Source: Scyliorhinus canicula
Lineage: Eukaryota
DNA length: 64,000 bases
Direction: 5' to 3'
Assembly: GCF_902713615.1 (NCBI RefSeq)
Contig: NW_024055461.1
Coordinates: forward strand, 4,102,940-4,166,939
Every line of letters starts with the position of its first letter. The stretch's first letter is position 1. The position numbers and the translations under genes were made by a program. The notes under the pieces are model-generated. The model searched no databases and was not told the origin of the DNA. It saw only the letters and a list, made by a program, of their open reading frames with translations. Below are positions 46,004 through 59,410 of the stretch, one piece after another.

Positions 46004-49000
46004 ATGGCTAGCCGACGGGGGAGGGGGGCGGGACGCCCTCTGATCCGGTTGGTCACCTGGAATGTGAGAGGGTTGAATGGGCCGGTGAAGCGGTCAAGGG
46101 TACTGGCTCACCTGAAGGGGCTAAAGGCGGATGTGGCAATGCTTCAGGAGACCCACCTGAGGGTAGCGGACCAGGTCCGCCTGAGGAAGGGATGGGTGGG
46201 GCAGGTTTTCCACTCGGGGTTGGATGTGAGGAACCGGGGAGTGGCGATTCTGGTGGGGAAAAATGTGTTGTTTGAGGCATCGGAGGTGGTGGCGGATAAG
46301 GGGGGTAGGTATGTGATGGTTAGGGGCAGGCTACAAGGAGAGAAGGTGGTACTGGCTAGTGTGTATGCCCCAAATTGGGACGATGCGGGCTTTATGAGGC
46401 GTATGTTGGGACGGCTCCCAGATCTGGAGGCGGGAGGCCTGATCATAGGGGGGGGACTTTAATACGGTGTTGGATCCTTCACTGGATCGGTCCAGCTCTA
46501 GGACGGGTAGGAGGCCGGCGGCGGCCAAGGTACTGAGAGGGTTTATGGATCAGATGGGTGGAGTGGATCCATGGAGGTTTGTGAGGCCGAGGGCACGTGA
46601 GTACTCTTTCTTCTCCCACGTACATAGGGTCTACTCTCGGATAGATTTCTTCGTGGTTAGTAGGGGACTGATTCCGAGAGTGGAGGAGGCCGAGTATTCG
46701 GCCATTGCAATCTCTGACCACGCTCCGCATTGGATAGAGTTGGAAATGGGGGAGGTGCGAGACCAACGTCCGTTGTGGCGGTTGGATGTGGGGTTGTTGG
46801 CGGAGGAGGAGGTGTGTAGGAGGGTCCGGGCAAGTATTGAGGGGTACCTTGAGGTGAATGATACGGAGGAGGTTCAGGTGGGGATGGTCTTGGAAGCCCT
46901 GAAGGCAGTAATTCGTGAGGAGCTGATATCCATCCGGGCACACAGGGAGAGGAGCGAGAGGAGTGAGAGGGATAGACTGGTGGGAAAGATGCTGGAGGTG
47001 GACAGGAGGTATGCAGAGGCACCAGAGGAGGGACTGTTGGGGGAGAGGCGCAGCCTGCAGGCTAGATTTGATTTGCTGACCACTAGAAAGGCGGAGGCAC
47101 AGTGGAGGAAGGCACAAGGGGCAGTGTACGAACATGGTGAAAAGGCGAGTAGGATGCTGGCTCATCAGCTCCGTAAGCGGGATGCGGCTAAGGAGATTGC
47201 TGGAGTGAGAGACAAGAGTGAGAATGTGGTGCGGAAGGGGGGAGAGGTGAATGAGGTCTTCAAGGACTTTTACGGGGAACTGTACCAGTCGGAGCCAACG
47301 GGGGAGAGGAGGGGAATGGAGAGGTTTCTTGACAGGCTTTCTTTCCCGAAGGTGCAGGAGGAGAAGGTGGAGGGGCTGGGTGCGCCGATTGAGCTGGAGG
47401 AGCTAGTTAAGGGGATCGGGCAGATGCAGTCAGGGAAGGCACCGGGGCCGGATGGGTTCCCGGTGGAATTTTATAAAAAGTTCGTGGACCTAGTGGGCCC
47501 CTTGCTGGTGCGGACACTCAACGAAGCATGGGAAGGGGGGACTTTGCCCCCGAAGATGTCACGGGCGCTGATCTCGTTAATTTTAAAGAAGGACAAGGAC
47601 CCCCAGCAGTGTGGGTCATACAGGCCCATATCTCTCCTCAACGTGGATGCAAAAGTGCTGGCAAAAATCCTGGCCACCAGGATAGAGGACTGTGTGCCAG
47701 GGGTTGTGCATGAGGACCAGACAGGTTTTGTGAAGGGAAAGCAGCTGAACACGAATGTGCAGAAATTGCTGAATGTCATTATGATGCCGGCGATTGAGGG
47801 GGAGGCAGAGATAGTGGTGGCGCTGGATGCGGAGAAGGCCTTCGATAGTGGAGTGGGGGTACCTATGGGAGGTGTTGGGGAGGTTTGGATTTGGTGAAGG
47901 GTTCATTAGATGGGTAAGGCTGTTATATGAGGCACCGATGGCGTGCGTGGCTACGAATAGGAGGAGGTCGGAGTACTTCCGGCTTTACCGAGGGACCAGG
48001 CAGGGTTGCCCCTTGTCCCCCTTGTTGTTTGCACTGGCAATCGAGCCGCTGGAGATGGCATTGAGAGATTCAGAGAGGTGGAGAGGCTTGGTGCGAGGTG
48101 GAGAGGAACATAGGGTGCCGTTGTATGCCGACGACCTGTTACTGTATGTGGCGGACCCGGTGGGAGGGATGCCGGGAGTGATGGAGTTACTAGCCGAGTT
48201 TGGGACCTTCTCAGGTTATAAATTAAACTTAGGCAAGAGCGAGGTGTTTGTGGTGCACCCTGGAGACCAGGAGGAAGGAATTGGTAGGCTCCCGCTTAGG
48301 CGGGCAGGGGAGAGCTTTAGGTACCTGGGGGTGCAAGTGGCCAGGGACTGGGGGACTCTCCACAAGCATAACTTTACCAGACTGGTAGATCAGATGGAGG
48401 AGGAGTTCAGGAGGTGGGACATGCTGCCATTGTCGTTGGCGGGGAGGGTGCAGTCCGTCAAAATGACAGTGCTTCCGAGGTTCTTGTTCCTTTTTCAGTG
48501 CCTGCCCATATTTATCCCCAGGGCCTTCTTTAGGAGAGTGACCGGCAGTATTCTGAGCTTTGTGTGGGCACATGGGACTCCGAGAGTGAGGAGGGTATTC
48601 CTGGAGCGAGGAAGGGATAGAGGCGGGCTGGCGCTGCCCAACCTTCTGGGGTACTATTGGGCAGCCAATGTGTCAATGGTGCGTAAATGGGTGATGGAGG
48701 GGGGAGGGGCGGCGTGGAAAAGAATGGAGATGGCGTCATGTAGAGGTACAAGCCTGGGTGCCATGGTAACGGCACCGTTGCCGCTCTCCCCCAAGAGGGT
48801 TACCACGAGCCCGGTGGTGGCGGCGACCCTAAGAATCAGGGGACAGTGGAGACGGCATTGGGGGGAAACATGGGGCTCGATGGAGGCTCCACTGGGTGGC
48901 AACCATCGGTTCATCCCGGGGAACACGGATGGGGGATTCAGGGGATGGCAAAGGGCGGGCATCAGCAAATTGAGGGACCTGTTTATTGGCGGGAGGTTTG

Positions 49001-49797
49001 CGGGCCTGGGGGAACTGGAAGATAAATTTGGCCTTCCCCAGGGGAACATGTTCAGATACCTGCAGGTAAAGGCGTTTGCTAGGCGGCAGGTAGAGGGATT
49101 CCCTTTGCTGCCCTCGCAGGGGACGATGGACAGAGTGCTTTCAGGGGTGTGGGCAGGAGAGGGGAAGGTGTCTGACATCTATAAGGTAATGCAGGAGGTG
49201 GAGGAGTCGTCAGTGGAGGAGCTGAAGGCTAAATGGGAGGAGGAACTCGGGGAGCAGATAGAGGATGGGACTTGGGCGGAGGCCTTGGAGAGAGTCAACT
49301 CCTCCTCCTCATGTGCGAGGCTTAGTCTCATCCAATTTAAGGTGCTGCACCGGGCCCATATGTCCGGGACTAGGATGAGTAGGTTCTTCGGGGGTGAGGA
49401 CAGGTGCACCAGATGTTCGGGGAGTCCTGCGAACCACGCCCATATGTTCTGGGCATGCCCAGCACTGGAAGAATTCTGGAAGGGGGTGGCGGGGACGGTG
49501 TCGAGGGTGGTTGGATCCAGGGTCAAACCAGGGTGGGGACTCGCGATTTTTGGGGTTGGGGTGGAGCCGGGAGTGCAGGAGGCGAAAGAGGCCGGTGTCC
49601 TGGCCTTTGCGTCCCTAGTAGCCCGTCGAAGGATTCTGTTACAATGGAAGGATGCAAGGCCCCCAAGCGTGGAGACCTGGATCAGTGACATGGCGGGATT
49701 TATAAAATTGGAAAAGGTCAAATTTGCCCTGAGAGGATCAATACAAGGGTTCTATAAACGATGGCAGCCTTTTCTGGACTTCCTGGCTCAGAGATAG
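46004..49797 (+). pseudogene. L1 ORF2 (APE endonuclease, RT, Cys-rich C-terminus) with two frameshifts
   Basis: VTWNVRGLN, LQETHL, SDH, KAPGPDG, YRPISLLN, QGCPLSP, YADD, CTRC..HMFWAC. Breaks at ~46448-46455 (8 G where 7 are needed) and ~47848 (2 nt missing). Confidence 0.92.
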
Positions 49798-52032
49798 GTA
49801 ACTGGGTCAATAGCAGCAGCAACCCGGGGGGGGGGTGCATTATTGTAGTGTTTATTCTGTAACTTTATAGTGTGTTAATTTGCGTTGTTGTTAAAATGCT
49901 GGGTTGTTCATGGGGATGGGGCGAATGTATATGATTGTTAATATTATTGTTATTTTCGGTATTTTACTAAGGTGCGTTATTGTTGTATAAAATCAAAATT
50001 TCTCAATAAAAATTATTTTAAAAAAAAAGGATATGTGTCTTATCGAAAGGACAGGTAGATGGGAAAAGGTGGCGGGGTTGCATTGTGAGTTAATGAAATT
50101 AATTCGATAACAAGAAGCAGTTTAGGGTCAGAAGGCGTAGAGTCCCTATGGGCAGAGTTGACGAAGCGCAAAGGTAAAAAGACACTGATGAGAGTTACGT
50201 ACAACCCCCGAGCCGTCGTCAGAATGTGGGGCACAAATAAATCAGGAGATATAAAAACGCATGTAAGGGAGGCAATATTACAATAACCGTGGGGGACTTC
50301 AATATTCAGGAGGGCAAGAAAAGGCAGGTTGGTAGCAAATCCCAAGAAATGAAATTTGTGGAATGTCGACGAGAAGTTTTTTCGGAGCAGCTTGTGGTGG
50401 AGCCCAGTCGGGAACAGGCAATTCTGCATTTGGCGATGTGTAATGAGGTAGACTTGAGGAGGGAACTGAAGGCGAAGGAACCCTCACGGGGCATAGAATT
50501 CACCCTGCAGTTTGGGAGGTAGAAGCTGGAATCCAATGTAACGGTATTACAATTGAATAAATGTAACTACAAAGATAAAGGGAGGAGCTGGCCAGAGTTG
50601 ATTGGAAAGGGAGCCCAGCAGGGAAGACATTGGAACAGCAGTGGCAGGACGTTTTGGGGATTATTCGCGAGGCACTGCACAAATTCATCCCAAGGAGGAG
50701 GAACCATGCTGAGGGGAGGACAAGGCATCCATGGTTGACAAGGGAAGTTAAGGACAGCATAAAAGCAAAGGAACAAGCAGACAATGTGGCGAACATTAAT
50801 GGGACGCCAGAGGATACGGAAGCCTTTAAAGCTGATGTAATGTAAAAGCAAATAAAGATTTGTATTCTTACTTTTGAACTGAGGGCACTGTTTCTACGTT
50901 TTCAGACGATGCAAAGATACATAGAGGGACAGATTGTGCTCAGGAAGCAGAGAGGATGTAGAAAGACCTGGTCAGGCTAAGAGAGTGGGCAAAGCAGTAG
51001 CAGATAGAATACAATGTAGAAACGTTTGATGTTGTGCACTTTGGAGGAAACATAGAGTATTTTCTAATTCGGGTAGGGCTTAGGAAATCAGAAGCTCAAA
51101 TGGACTTAGGAATTCTAGTTGAGGATTCTCTTAAGGTTAACATGCGGGTTCAGTTGGCAGCTAGGAGGGCAAATACAATTTTAGCATTCATGTTGCGAGG
51201 GCTAGATTACAAGAGCAAGTATATAACTGTTGAGGCTGTGTAAGACTCTGGTCAGACCCCATTTGGAATAATGTCAGCAGTTTTGGTCCCCTTTTCTAAG
51301 GAAGGATGTGCTGGCCTTGGAGAAGCTACAGAGGAGAATCACAAGACGGACCCTCGGAATGACGGACTTCTCATAAAAGGAGCGGTTCAGGACTCTGGGT
51401 CTGTACTGGATAGAGTTTAGAAGGATGAGGTGCTGTGGGGGGAGGGGACGTGGGGGGCCGGGGGGCGGGGTCTCATTGAAACTTACAGAATAGCGAGAGG
51501 CCTAGTAGGTGAAACTAGAACCCGAGGGCACAGCCTCATATTCAAGGGACGATCTTTGAAAACAGAAGAGGAGCAATTTATTCAGCCAGTGGGTCTTGAA
51601 TCTGTGGAACTCATTCCCGCAGAAGGCTATGGAGGCCAAATCACTGAGTGTCTTTAAGATAGAGATAGACAGATTATTGATTAATAAGGTGATCAGGGAT
51701 TGTGGGGAGAAGGCAGGAGAATGGCGATTTGAAACATAACAGTCATGATTGAATGCAGAGCAGACTCGATGGACCGAAAGGCCGGGTTCTGCTGCTGTGT
51801 CTTGTGGTTGTATGGTCGGAAGACCATCCATGGAGGAACTCAGAATAGATAGGTGCTTGATTGCCATCGCAGATATGGTGGGTGGAAGGGCATCTTTCTA
51901 TACTGTAAAACGCTCAGACTCCATGACTCTATGACAGGGTCTAAAGCAATGATTACTCACACAGTGTGTATATTAACCTAAACTGTGATTGAATCTCGTG
52001 CAGTGATTGCTGATACAGGGTCTAGATTAACA

Positions 52033-52258
52033 TAGTAAGAAGTCTTACAACATCAGGTTAAAGTCCAACAGGTTTGTTACAAACACTAGCTTTCGGAGCG
52101 CATTCCTTTCTCAGGTGAATGTACACCTGAGGAATTCTCCTGAGGAAGGAGCAGTGCTCCGAAAGCTAGTGTTTGTAACAAACCTGTTGGGCTTTAACCT
52201 GGTGTTGTAAGACTTCTTACTGTGCTCACCCCAGTCCAACGCCGGCATCTCCACATCA
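52033..52258. mobile_element. Penelope-derived inverted pLTR with TSD
   Basis: 52033-52118 is the reverse complement of ~52140-52220. TSD TAGATTAACA at 52023-52032 and 52259-52268; absent at the paralogous site ~57955. Confidence 0.85.
52137..52171 (+). ncRNA. Minimal hammerhead-like motif
   Basis: CTGAGGA-A-GGAGC(agt)GCTCC-GAA-AGCT-A-GTG; stem I carries one mismatch (CTC vs CAC). Confidence 0.5.
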
Positions 52259-52749
52259 TAGATTAACATAAACCGAGACAGGTTCTAGTGCAGCGATCAC
52301 TGATACAAAGTTTGATTAACCTTAAATGAGGTAGGATCTAAAGCAGTGATTATTGATGCAGGATCTAGAATATTATAAACTGAGGCAGGGTCCATTGCAG
52401 TCATTCCTGGTCAGGGTCTTGATTAATATATGTGAGAAGAGTTATTAAGCCAGATGATTAAAAACGTGGTCGACGAGGCAGGTTATAGGATGATTTTAAT
52501 AAGGGAATTGAGGTAAAGAGGAGTAGGGAATGAATACCAGCACTTAGGGCCGAGACGCATGAAGACACCGCAAAGTGAACCAAATAATTCTGAAGATAAC
52601 AATACGTCTTGATCGATTGGAGTTGCAAAAATTAAGAAAAATGTTTCATATACACACCTGTAGGAAAGGTCAATACGTTTTTGCCGCGATTTTAGTCTTT
52701 CTTCTTAACCAGATGAGTGCTGTATGATTGGGTGGACATTTTTCCTTAA

Positions 52750-52921
52750 GGGGCTGTTTAGTTCACTGGGCTAAATCACTAGCTTTGCAAGCAGACTGAG
52801 CACGGTTCGATTACCGTAACAGCCTCCCCGCACAGGCGCTGGAATGTGGCAACTAGGGTCTTTGCACAGTAACTTCATTGAAGTCTACTCGTGACAATAA
52901 GCGGTTTTCATTCATTTCATT
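52750..52921 (+). mobile_element. Short SINE (second family)
   Basis: Homologous to 63472-63635; absent from duplicate B. Confidence 0.75.
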
Positions 52922-54017
52922 TCTCCTATGGTTGCCCACCATTACCATCGTGGCGATACTGTGATAACACGGTTCTGCCTAAGTCTGCCAGTGCATCAGG
53001 TGATTGGTTAATAGAAATCGAGGCAGGAAAATAATCATCATCGTGAAAAAAAAGTTCCAATCGATACAGTGTAACACAAGAGTAACTTCATCATTTTGAA
53101 CAAAACAGAGATTTCCACTAAATTTTGGTAATTGCAGTGCATCGGTGTTCATACGTAGGCCTGTCCCTCAAGACCAGCTCATTCCTGGGATGTTGGGTAA
53201 AATATTCAACTCAATATTGCCCACATAATAGCAGAGCAAATACACATGCAATACAACTACTTATAGATATTAAAAATAATTAACATAATCTCAAAATCAA
53301 CGATGATTGCACTTGGAGATATAAGCAAACATATTCAATCATTTATAATATCGAGAGGCAACAGGAACATGGTCCGGTGTAATATAAACAGAGACAGGCC
53401 CTGGTGTGATGTAAAGATACAAGTTCCTGTGGAATATAAAAGAGGCGGTACTTAATGCAATATAATCTTATGCATGTTATAGCGCATTATTAGTTGAGTG
53501 TAGCACAAACAGTACAGTGCAGTATAGACAGGGACAGAGGTTACTTTAATAGAAATAAAGACGGGTCTCATTCAACATGAGAAGAAACATATTTGATGTA
53601 ATAGAGTGACATAGAAAATAGAGCAGGAGTAGATCATTCTGCCCTTCGAGCCTGCTCCGTTATTCATTCTGATCATGGCTGATCATCCACCTCAGTATCC
53701 TTTCTCCACTTTCCCCGATATCATTTGATCCCTTCAGAGTTTTGATCCCCAAGAGCTTTATGTAACTCCTTCTAGAAAACATACAATACTTTGGACTTAA
53801 CTTCGTTCTGTGGTAGAGAATTCCACAGGTTGACGATTCTCAGGGTGAAAATATTGCTCCTCATCTCAGTCCTAAATGCTTTACCCCGTATCCTTAGACC
53901 TCGTTCTGGCTTCCCCTACCATCGGAACATCCTTCTGCATCCGCCCTGTCTAGTCCTGTTACAATTTGATAGGTTTATAATCAGAGGGGGAAATTAATAT
54001 TTCATAAATTAGCACGA

Positions 54018-54287
54018 ACAGACTCAAAAACAGCTTCTTCCCCACTGTCACCAGACTCCTAAATGACCCGCTTTTGGACTGACCTCATTAGCACTACACC
54101 CCTGTATGCTTCATCCGATGCCAGTGCTTATGTAGTTACATTGTATATGTTGTGTTGCCCTGTTATGTATTTTCTTTTATTCCCCTTTCTTCTCATGTAC
54201 TGAATGATTTGTCGAGCTGCTCGCAGAAAAACACTTTTCACTGTCCCTCTGTACACGTGACAATAAATAAATCCAATCCAATCCAAT
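54018..54287 (+). mobile_element. Rex1/Babar-like 3' end
   Basis: RLKNSFFPTVTRLLN-type C-terminus and (CCAAT)n tail; absent from duplicate B. Confidence 0.6.
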
Positions 54288-57200
54288 AGTGTCTTCTGGT
54301 TTCTGACCCTCCTGGCAGTGAATGACGTTTATTCCTAATTAATCAAACAAAACCCTTCGGAATTTTGAACATTGTTTTGACGCCTGCCCATAACCTGCTC
54401 AGTTTTCAGGAAAACAATCCCAGCTTCTAACGCTCTGACCGTGCAGCTAATGCAGTGGGAAGGCCCAGTTGTATATATGTTTCTACCTTCCTTGTGTTCA
54501 GATGCTGTTTTTGGAATTACTGACATTTTATATGGAGCCAGTGGAATTCCCATTCACCATTGCCATCGTGTCAGAATAAGGCACAAGACTAATAAAAAAC
54601 CAGCCTCTGAAAATTAAATTGACCCATGTAAGGCTGGACCCAGAATTAGAAATTTAGATACACTGAGCAATGTCTCAGAATGTAATGTAAAAATGCAAAC
54701 CATGATAGGTTAACAGCCTTGCTTCAGTAGAATCAATGTCACCTCCCACAACAGATTCCTGAGCCCATGATCCAGACTGTGATCCAATGTAGGAGTATTT
54801 TATGTTCAGTTGCTACATCTTTTGGATGTGATGATATCACAATCTTAGGGGTGTTTCGCAATATTATTACTAGACTGGTAATCTGGAGGCCTGCGCTATT
54901 ACTCCAGAGGCAGGAGTACAAATTCCACCAGGGCATATTGCAACGATGTGAGCAGTTTTGATCTTACCTAAGGATAGAGATTTTGAAAGCAATCCAGAGA
55001 AGAAGGTTCATTAGGCTAATCTCGGGTATGGATGGATTTTCATAGGTAGCTGGAATTTCACAGCACAGAAAGAGGTCCTTCGGCCCATCGTTACTCCACC
55101 TGTCATCAAATAGAGAAGAATCCGGCCTGAGAAGGTCTTGAACCACAGACCTTTCGGTTTACAGCCAAACACGTTGACCAATTGCACCAAAGCGACTGAT
55201 ATGAGGAGAGGTTAAATAGGTAAGGCCTACACGCATTGGAGTTTAGAAGAATGAGAGGCGAAATTACTGAGATATATAACACTCCCAGGGAGCTCGATTG
55301 TGTAGATGCTGGAGGTTGTTTCTGTTTGCGGAGAGTCTGGGATCATAGGGCACAATCCCATAGTAAGGTGTCACTCGTTTCAGACGAGGATGAGGAGGAA
55401 TTTCTTCTCCCAGATGGGAGTGATTCTATGGAATTATTTGCTGCAGAGAATTGGAGAGGCTGGGTCAATAAATATGTGCAAGGCTGAGACAGACAGATTT
55501 TTCATCAGTAAGGGACTCAAGGGTTGTGGGGAAAAGGCGAAAAAGTGGAGTTGAGGATTTAATCAGATCTGCCACGATCTCATTCAATGGCAGATTATAT
55601 TCCATGGGCCGAATGGCCAAATTCTGCTCCTACATCTTATGGTTTTATGGCAGCTTGAGGACTTACAATTAAATGAATTAATAAGTCAGAAATAAAAATC
55701 TTTGTGTCATTCATAATACTCATGAAGTTATCGAAATTTCCCAAAGCTCAGCAGGTTCACCAACATCCTTCAGGAGAAGAAATCTTCCCTCCTTACTCTG
55801 TCTGGCCTATATGTGACGAGTTCAACAGTGATGTGGTTGACTCATAACTACCTCTGGTATTGCTGAACAAACAAGTTAGTTTAAGGGAAGCTGCTGCAGA
55901 AAGTCAAATGTGAATTAAATTGTCCTGATTTTGCCAGTGAGGGTCAGATGCCGATAATGAATTTTTAAAAACTGCAAAGTGCTGCAGATTCCGGAAATCT
56001 GAAACACAAACAAAAAGAGGCTGCTCAGCAGATCAGTGAGCATCAGCAGAGAGAGAAACAGATTCACATTTCAGGTGGGCTACCTCATTGACATAATTCA
56101 AAAGAGTAGAGCTGATTTTCCCAGTGTCCTCGACCAATGTCCGTTCTTCATCTAAAATCACAGATTAGTTGGTAACTTATCACATCTCAGTTTGTTGGAG
56201 CTTGCTGTTCGCAAATTCTCTGCTCTGTTTCCAACATTACAGCAGTGACTAAATTCAGCAAAAATATATCAGTGAGTTTTAAGGGCTTTGGGATGACCTG
56301 AGGTCGGGTAAAGCGTTTTACAAACACAAGCTTTTTCCAAATGTTAACATTTTAAAATGTAAGTTTAATATGTTGAAATATCTGAGATTGATGTGACTGT
56401 AGGTCACTCCTCTGTCTGATGTTTGAATTCATCTACTTTAAATCGGTTAATATTTCAATCAAATTAACATTCAGTGGAATAACAGCCTGGTTAAAGATGA
56501 TTTATTAATTGAGGCATCAGAACTTTCAGAATGAATACTTAATTTAAACGTATTTTTTATTTCAATTAAGTAACAGCTGTTCTAATGGAAGTTTCTATAC
56601 ATTTTATTATACTGTCAATATGCTTAAAATAAACTGCTATTTTGAGTTGAAACTAATCAATGCGTGAATGTGTTTATCTCGTTTTGCTGACATGAACACT
56701 TCATTGTGACCAGTGAGGTGTTTATGTAAATAAACACAGAAATAGAAGTCCCAGATTAGATTGTGGACTGACATAAACACAACATCTATATCCCCACCGA
56801 CACAGCACAGAAATAGAGATAAAGATGTAAATAGAACAACGGATTCCAGTAATGATTGTTTTTGACATTTGTTTCTTCATCAGTTATATGAGAAAAATGC
56901 CACGATGATATCCATGTTCAGAATTAGCAAAGATTCCCTCCAATCTCGAAATATAATGACAAGCGAAATGTGTTCGTAGAGTTTTCCTGAATCTGATATA
57001 TGTACCTTTCTCCTAACTGGTTCTGTCTCATGTCTCTCCACGATGGGTCATTGTCTTTATTCGACAACTTGAAGTCAACATGCGCCCAATATATTCTCTC
57101 AGCCTAAACTCACCCCATTGGTTTCCAACTAAATGTATCGAATCTAATGAATTGGAATACATAGAGGGGGTTTTACTCTAAACTGTGGTTGGAGCATTCA

Positions 57201-58137
57201 ATTACCCTGTAGTGTTTAATGAGAACTGTAGAGAAACATTTACTCTGTATCTAACCTGAGCTGCACAGAGTAGTGAGGATTTGATGTGGCAGTGCCAAAG
57301 GATCGTTCCTTATATCGAACCGGGCTGACAGAGATAGATAGTTTCTTGATTAATAAGGGGATATGGGGTTATGGCGAGAAGGCAGAAGATAGGCTGTTAG
57401 AAACATAACAGTCATGATTGAATGCGGAGCACACTCGATTGGCCGAATGGTCTAATTCTGCACCTGTGTCATATGGTTTTATGGTATAAAGCCCATCTAT
57501 TGACGATCTTAAAATAGATAGGTACCTGATTGCCATCGCAAATATGGTGGGTGAAGGGCATCTTCCTGTATTGTAAACCTCTAACTTTTCATGACTCTAT
57601 GACAAGGTCTAAAATTATTATCACTCATACAGGGTGGCGATTAACCTAAGCTAATCTAATATTTTTTTTGCCACAAGGTAGCTGACATTAGCACTGCAAT
57701 GAAGTCACTGTAAAAAGTTCCTAGTCGCCATATTCCGGTGCCTGTTCGGGTACACAGAAGGAGAATTCAGAATGTCCAAATTACCTAACAGCACATATTT
57801 CGGGACTTGTGGGAGGAAACCGGAGCACCGGATGGAAACACACACAGACACGGTGAGAACGTGCAGACTGCTCACAGACTGGGACTCTGGCGCTGTGAAG
57901 CAACAGTGCTGCTGAGATTGGATCTATTGAAGTGATTACTGATGCAGGGTCTAGACTAACATAAACCCAGACAGGCTCTCGTGCAGTAATTACTGATACA
58001 AAGGTTGATTACCCTTATATGATATAGGTTATAGAGCAGTGATTATTGATTCAGGGTCTGGAATATTATAAACTGGGGTAGGGTCTACTTTAGTCATTCC
58101 TGCTGTAGGATCTGGATTAATATATGTGCAAATATAT

Positions 58138-58483
58138 GGGCAACACGGTAGCATTGTGGATAGCACAATTGCTTCACAGCTCCAGGGTCCCAGGTTCGAT
58201 TCCGGTTTGGGTCACTGTCTGTGTGGAGTCTGCACATCCTCCCCGTGTGTGCGTGGGTTTCCTCCGGGTACTCCGGTTTCCTCCCACAGTCCAAAGATGT
58301 GCAGGTTAGGTGGATTGGCCATGATAAATTGCCCTTAGTGTCCAAAATTACCCTTGGTGTTGGGTGGGGTTACTGGGATATGGGGATAGGGTGGAGGTGT
58401 TGACCTTGGGTAGGATGCTCTTTCCAAGAGCCGGTGCAGAGTCGATGGGCCGAATGGCCTCTTTCTGCACTGTAAATTCTATG
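58138..58483 (+). mobile_element. HE1/V-SINE-like SINE
   Basis: Near-identical to the copy at 1140; absent from duplicate A. Confidence 0.9.
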
Positions 58484-59204
58484 TCTAAAGAGTTATTAGG
58501 TCAGATGATTAAAAACTTGGTCAACGAGGCAGGTTATATGGGATGATTTTATTCAGGGACTTGAGGAAAAGAGGAGTACGGAATGCATACCAGAGAATAG
58601 GGCCGAGACGCATGAAGACATCACAAAGTGAAGAAATTAATTCTGAACATAACATAACGTCTTGCTCAATTACAGTTGCAAAACTCAAGAACAATATCTT
58701 ATATGAACACCTACATGAACGGCCAATACCTTTTTGCAGCAAATTCACTTGCTCTTCTGAGCCAGTTGAGAGTTCTATGATTGGGTGGATATTTAACCTG
58801 TGGGTGCCAATCTGGTGATTCTGTGAGAGCACTGATCTGTCTAACACTGCCAGTATATCAGATGATTGGTGAATATAATACTAGGCAGGAAAATAATCCC
58901 CACCATGAAAACAACTTTCCAATGGATAGAGTGTAACACAAGAGTAAATTCATCATTTTGAACTAAATAGAGTTTTCCATTAACTTTTGGAAAGTGCTGT
59001 GCACCGGTGTTCATATGTAGACCTGTCCCGCAAGCCCAGTTCATTACTGTGATGTTGGTAAAATATTAACCTCAATATTACCCACATTATAGCAGAGCAA
59101 ATACACATTTCATAGAACTACTTATAGGTATTAACAAGAATTAATATAATCTCCAAATCAACAACGATTGTACTCGTACAAACAAGCAAAAATATACAAT
59201 CATA

Positions 59205-59410
59205 GGGCAGCATGGTGGTACAGTGGTTAGCATTGCTGCCTACGGCGCTGAGGACCCGGGTTCGATCCGGGCTCTGGGTCACTGTCCGTGAGGAGTTTGC
59301 ACATTTTCCCCGTGTTTGCGTGGGTTTCACCCCCACAACCCAAAGATGTGCAAGATAGGTGGACTGTGCCCCTTAATTGGAAAAAATAATTAGGTACTCT
59401 AAATTTAAAA
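59205..59410 (+). mobile_element. Short HE1-related SINE
   Basis: GGGCAGCATGGTGGTACAGTGGTTAGC head. Confidence 0.8.

Larger units (their letters stand above)
44316..50026 (+). mobile_element. Near full-length L1-clade LINE with 15-bp TSD
   Basis: TSD AAGGATATGTGTCTT at 44301-44315 and 50027-50041; AATAAA at 50005-50010 and an A-tail; two ORFs. Confidence 0.95.
43900..51800 (+). mobile_element. Decayed CR1 element split by the L1 insertion
   Basis: Endonuclease ITETWL..DQ..LNIQGY (44250-44315) continues RKDR..GKGGGVAL after 50041; RT and tail remnants extend to ~51800. Confidence 0.8.

Noticed and set aside
56690-56830. LYFCAV and CATTGTG in the duplicated block (also at ~62510-62630)
   Set aside because: No framework, no properly spaced nonamer and no FGxG.
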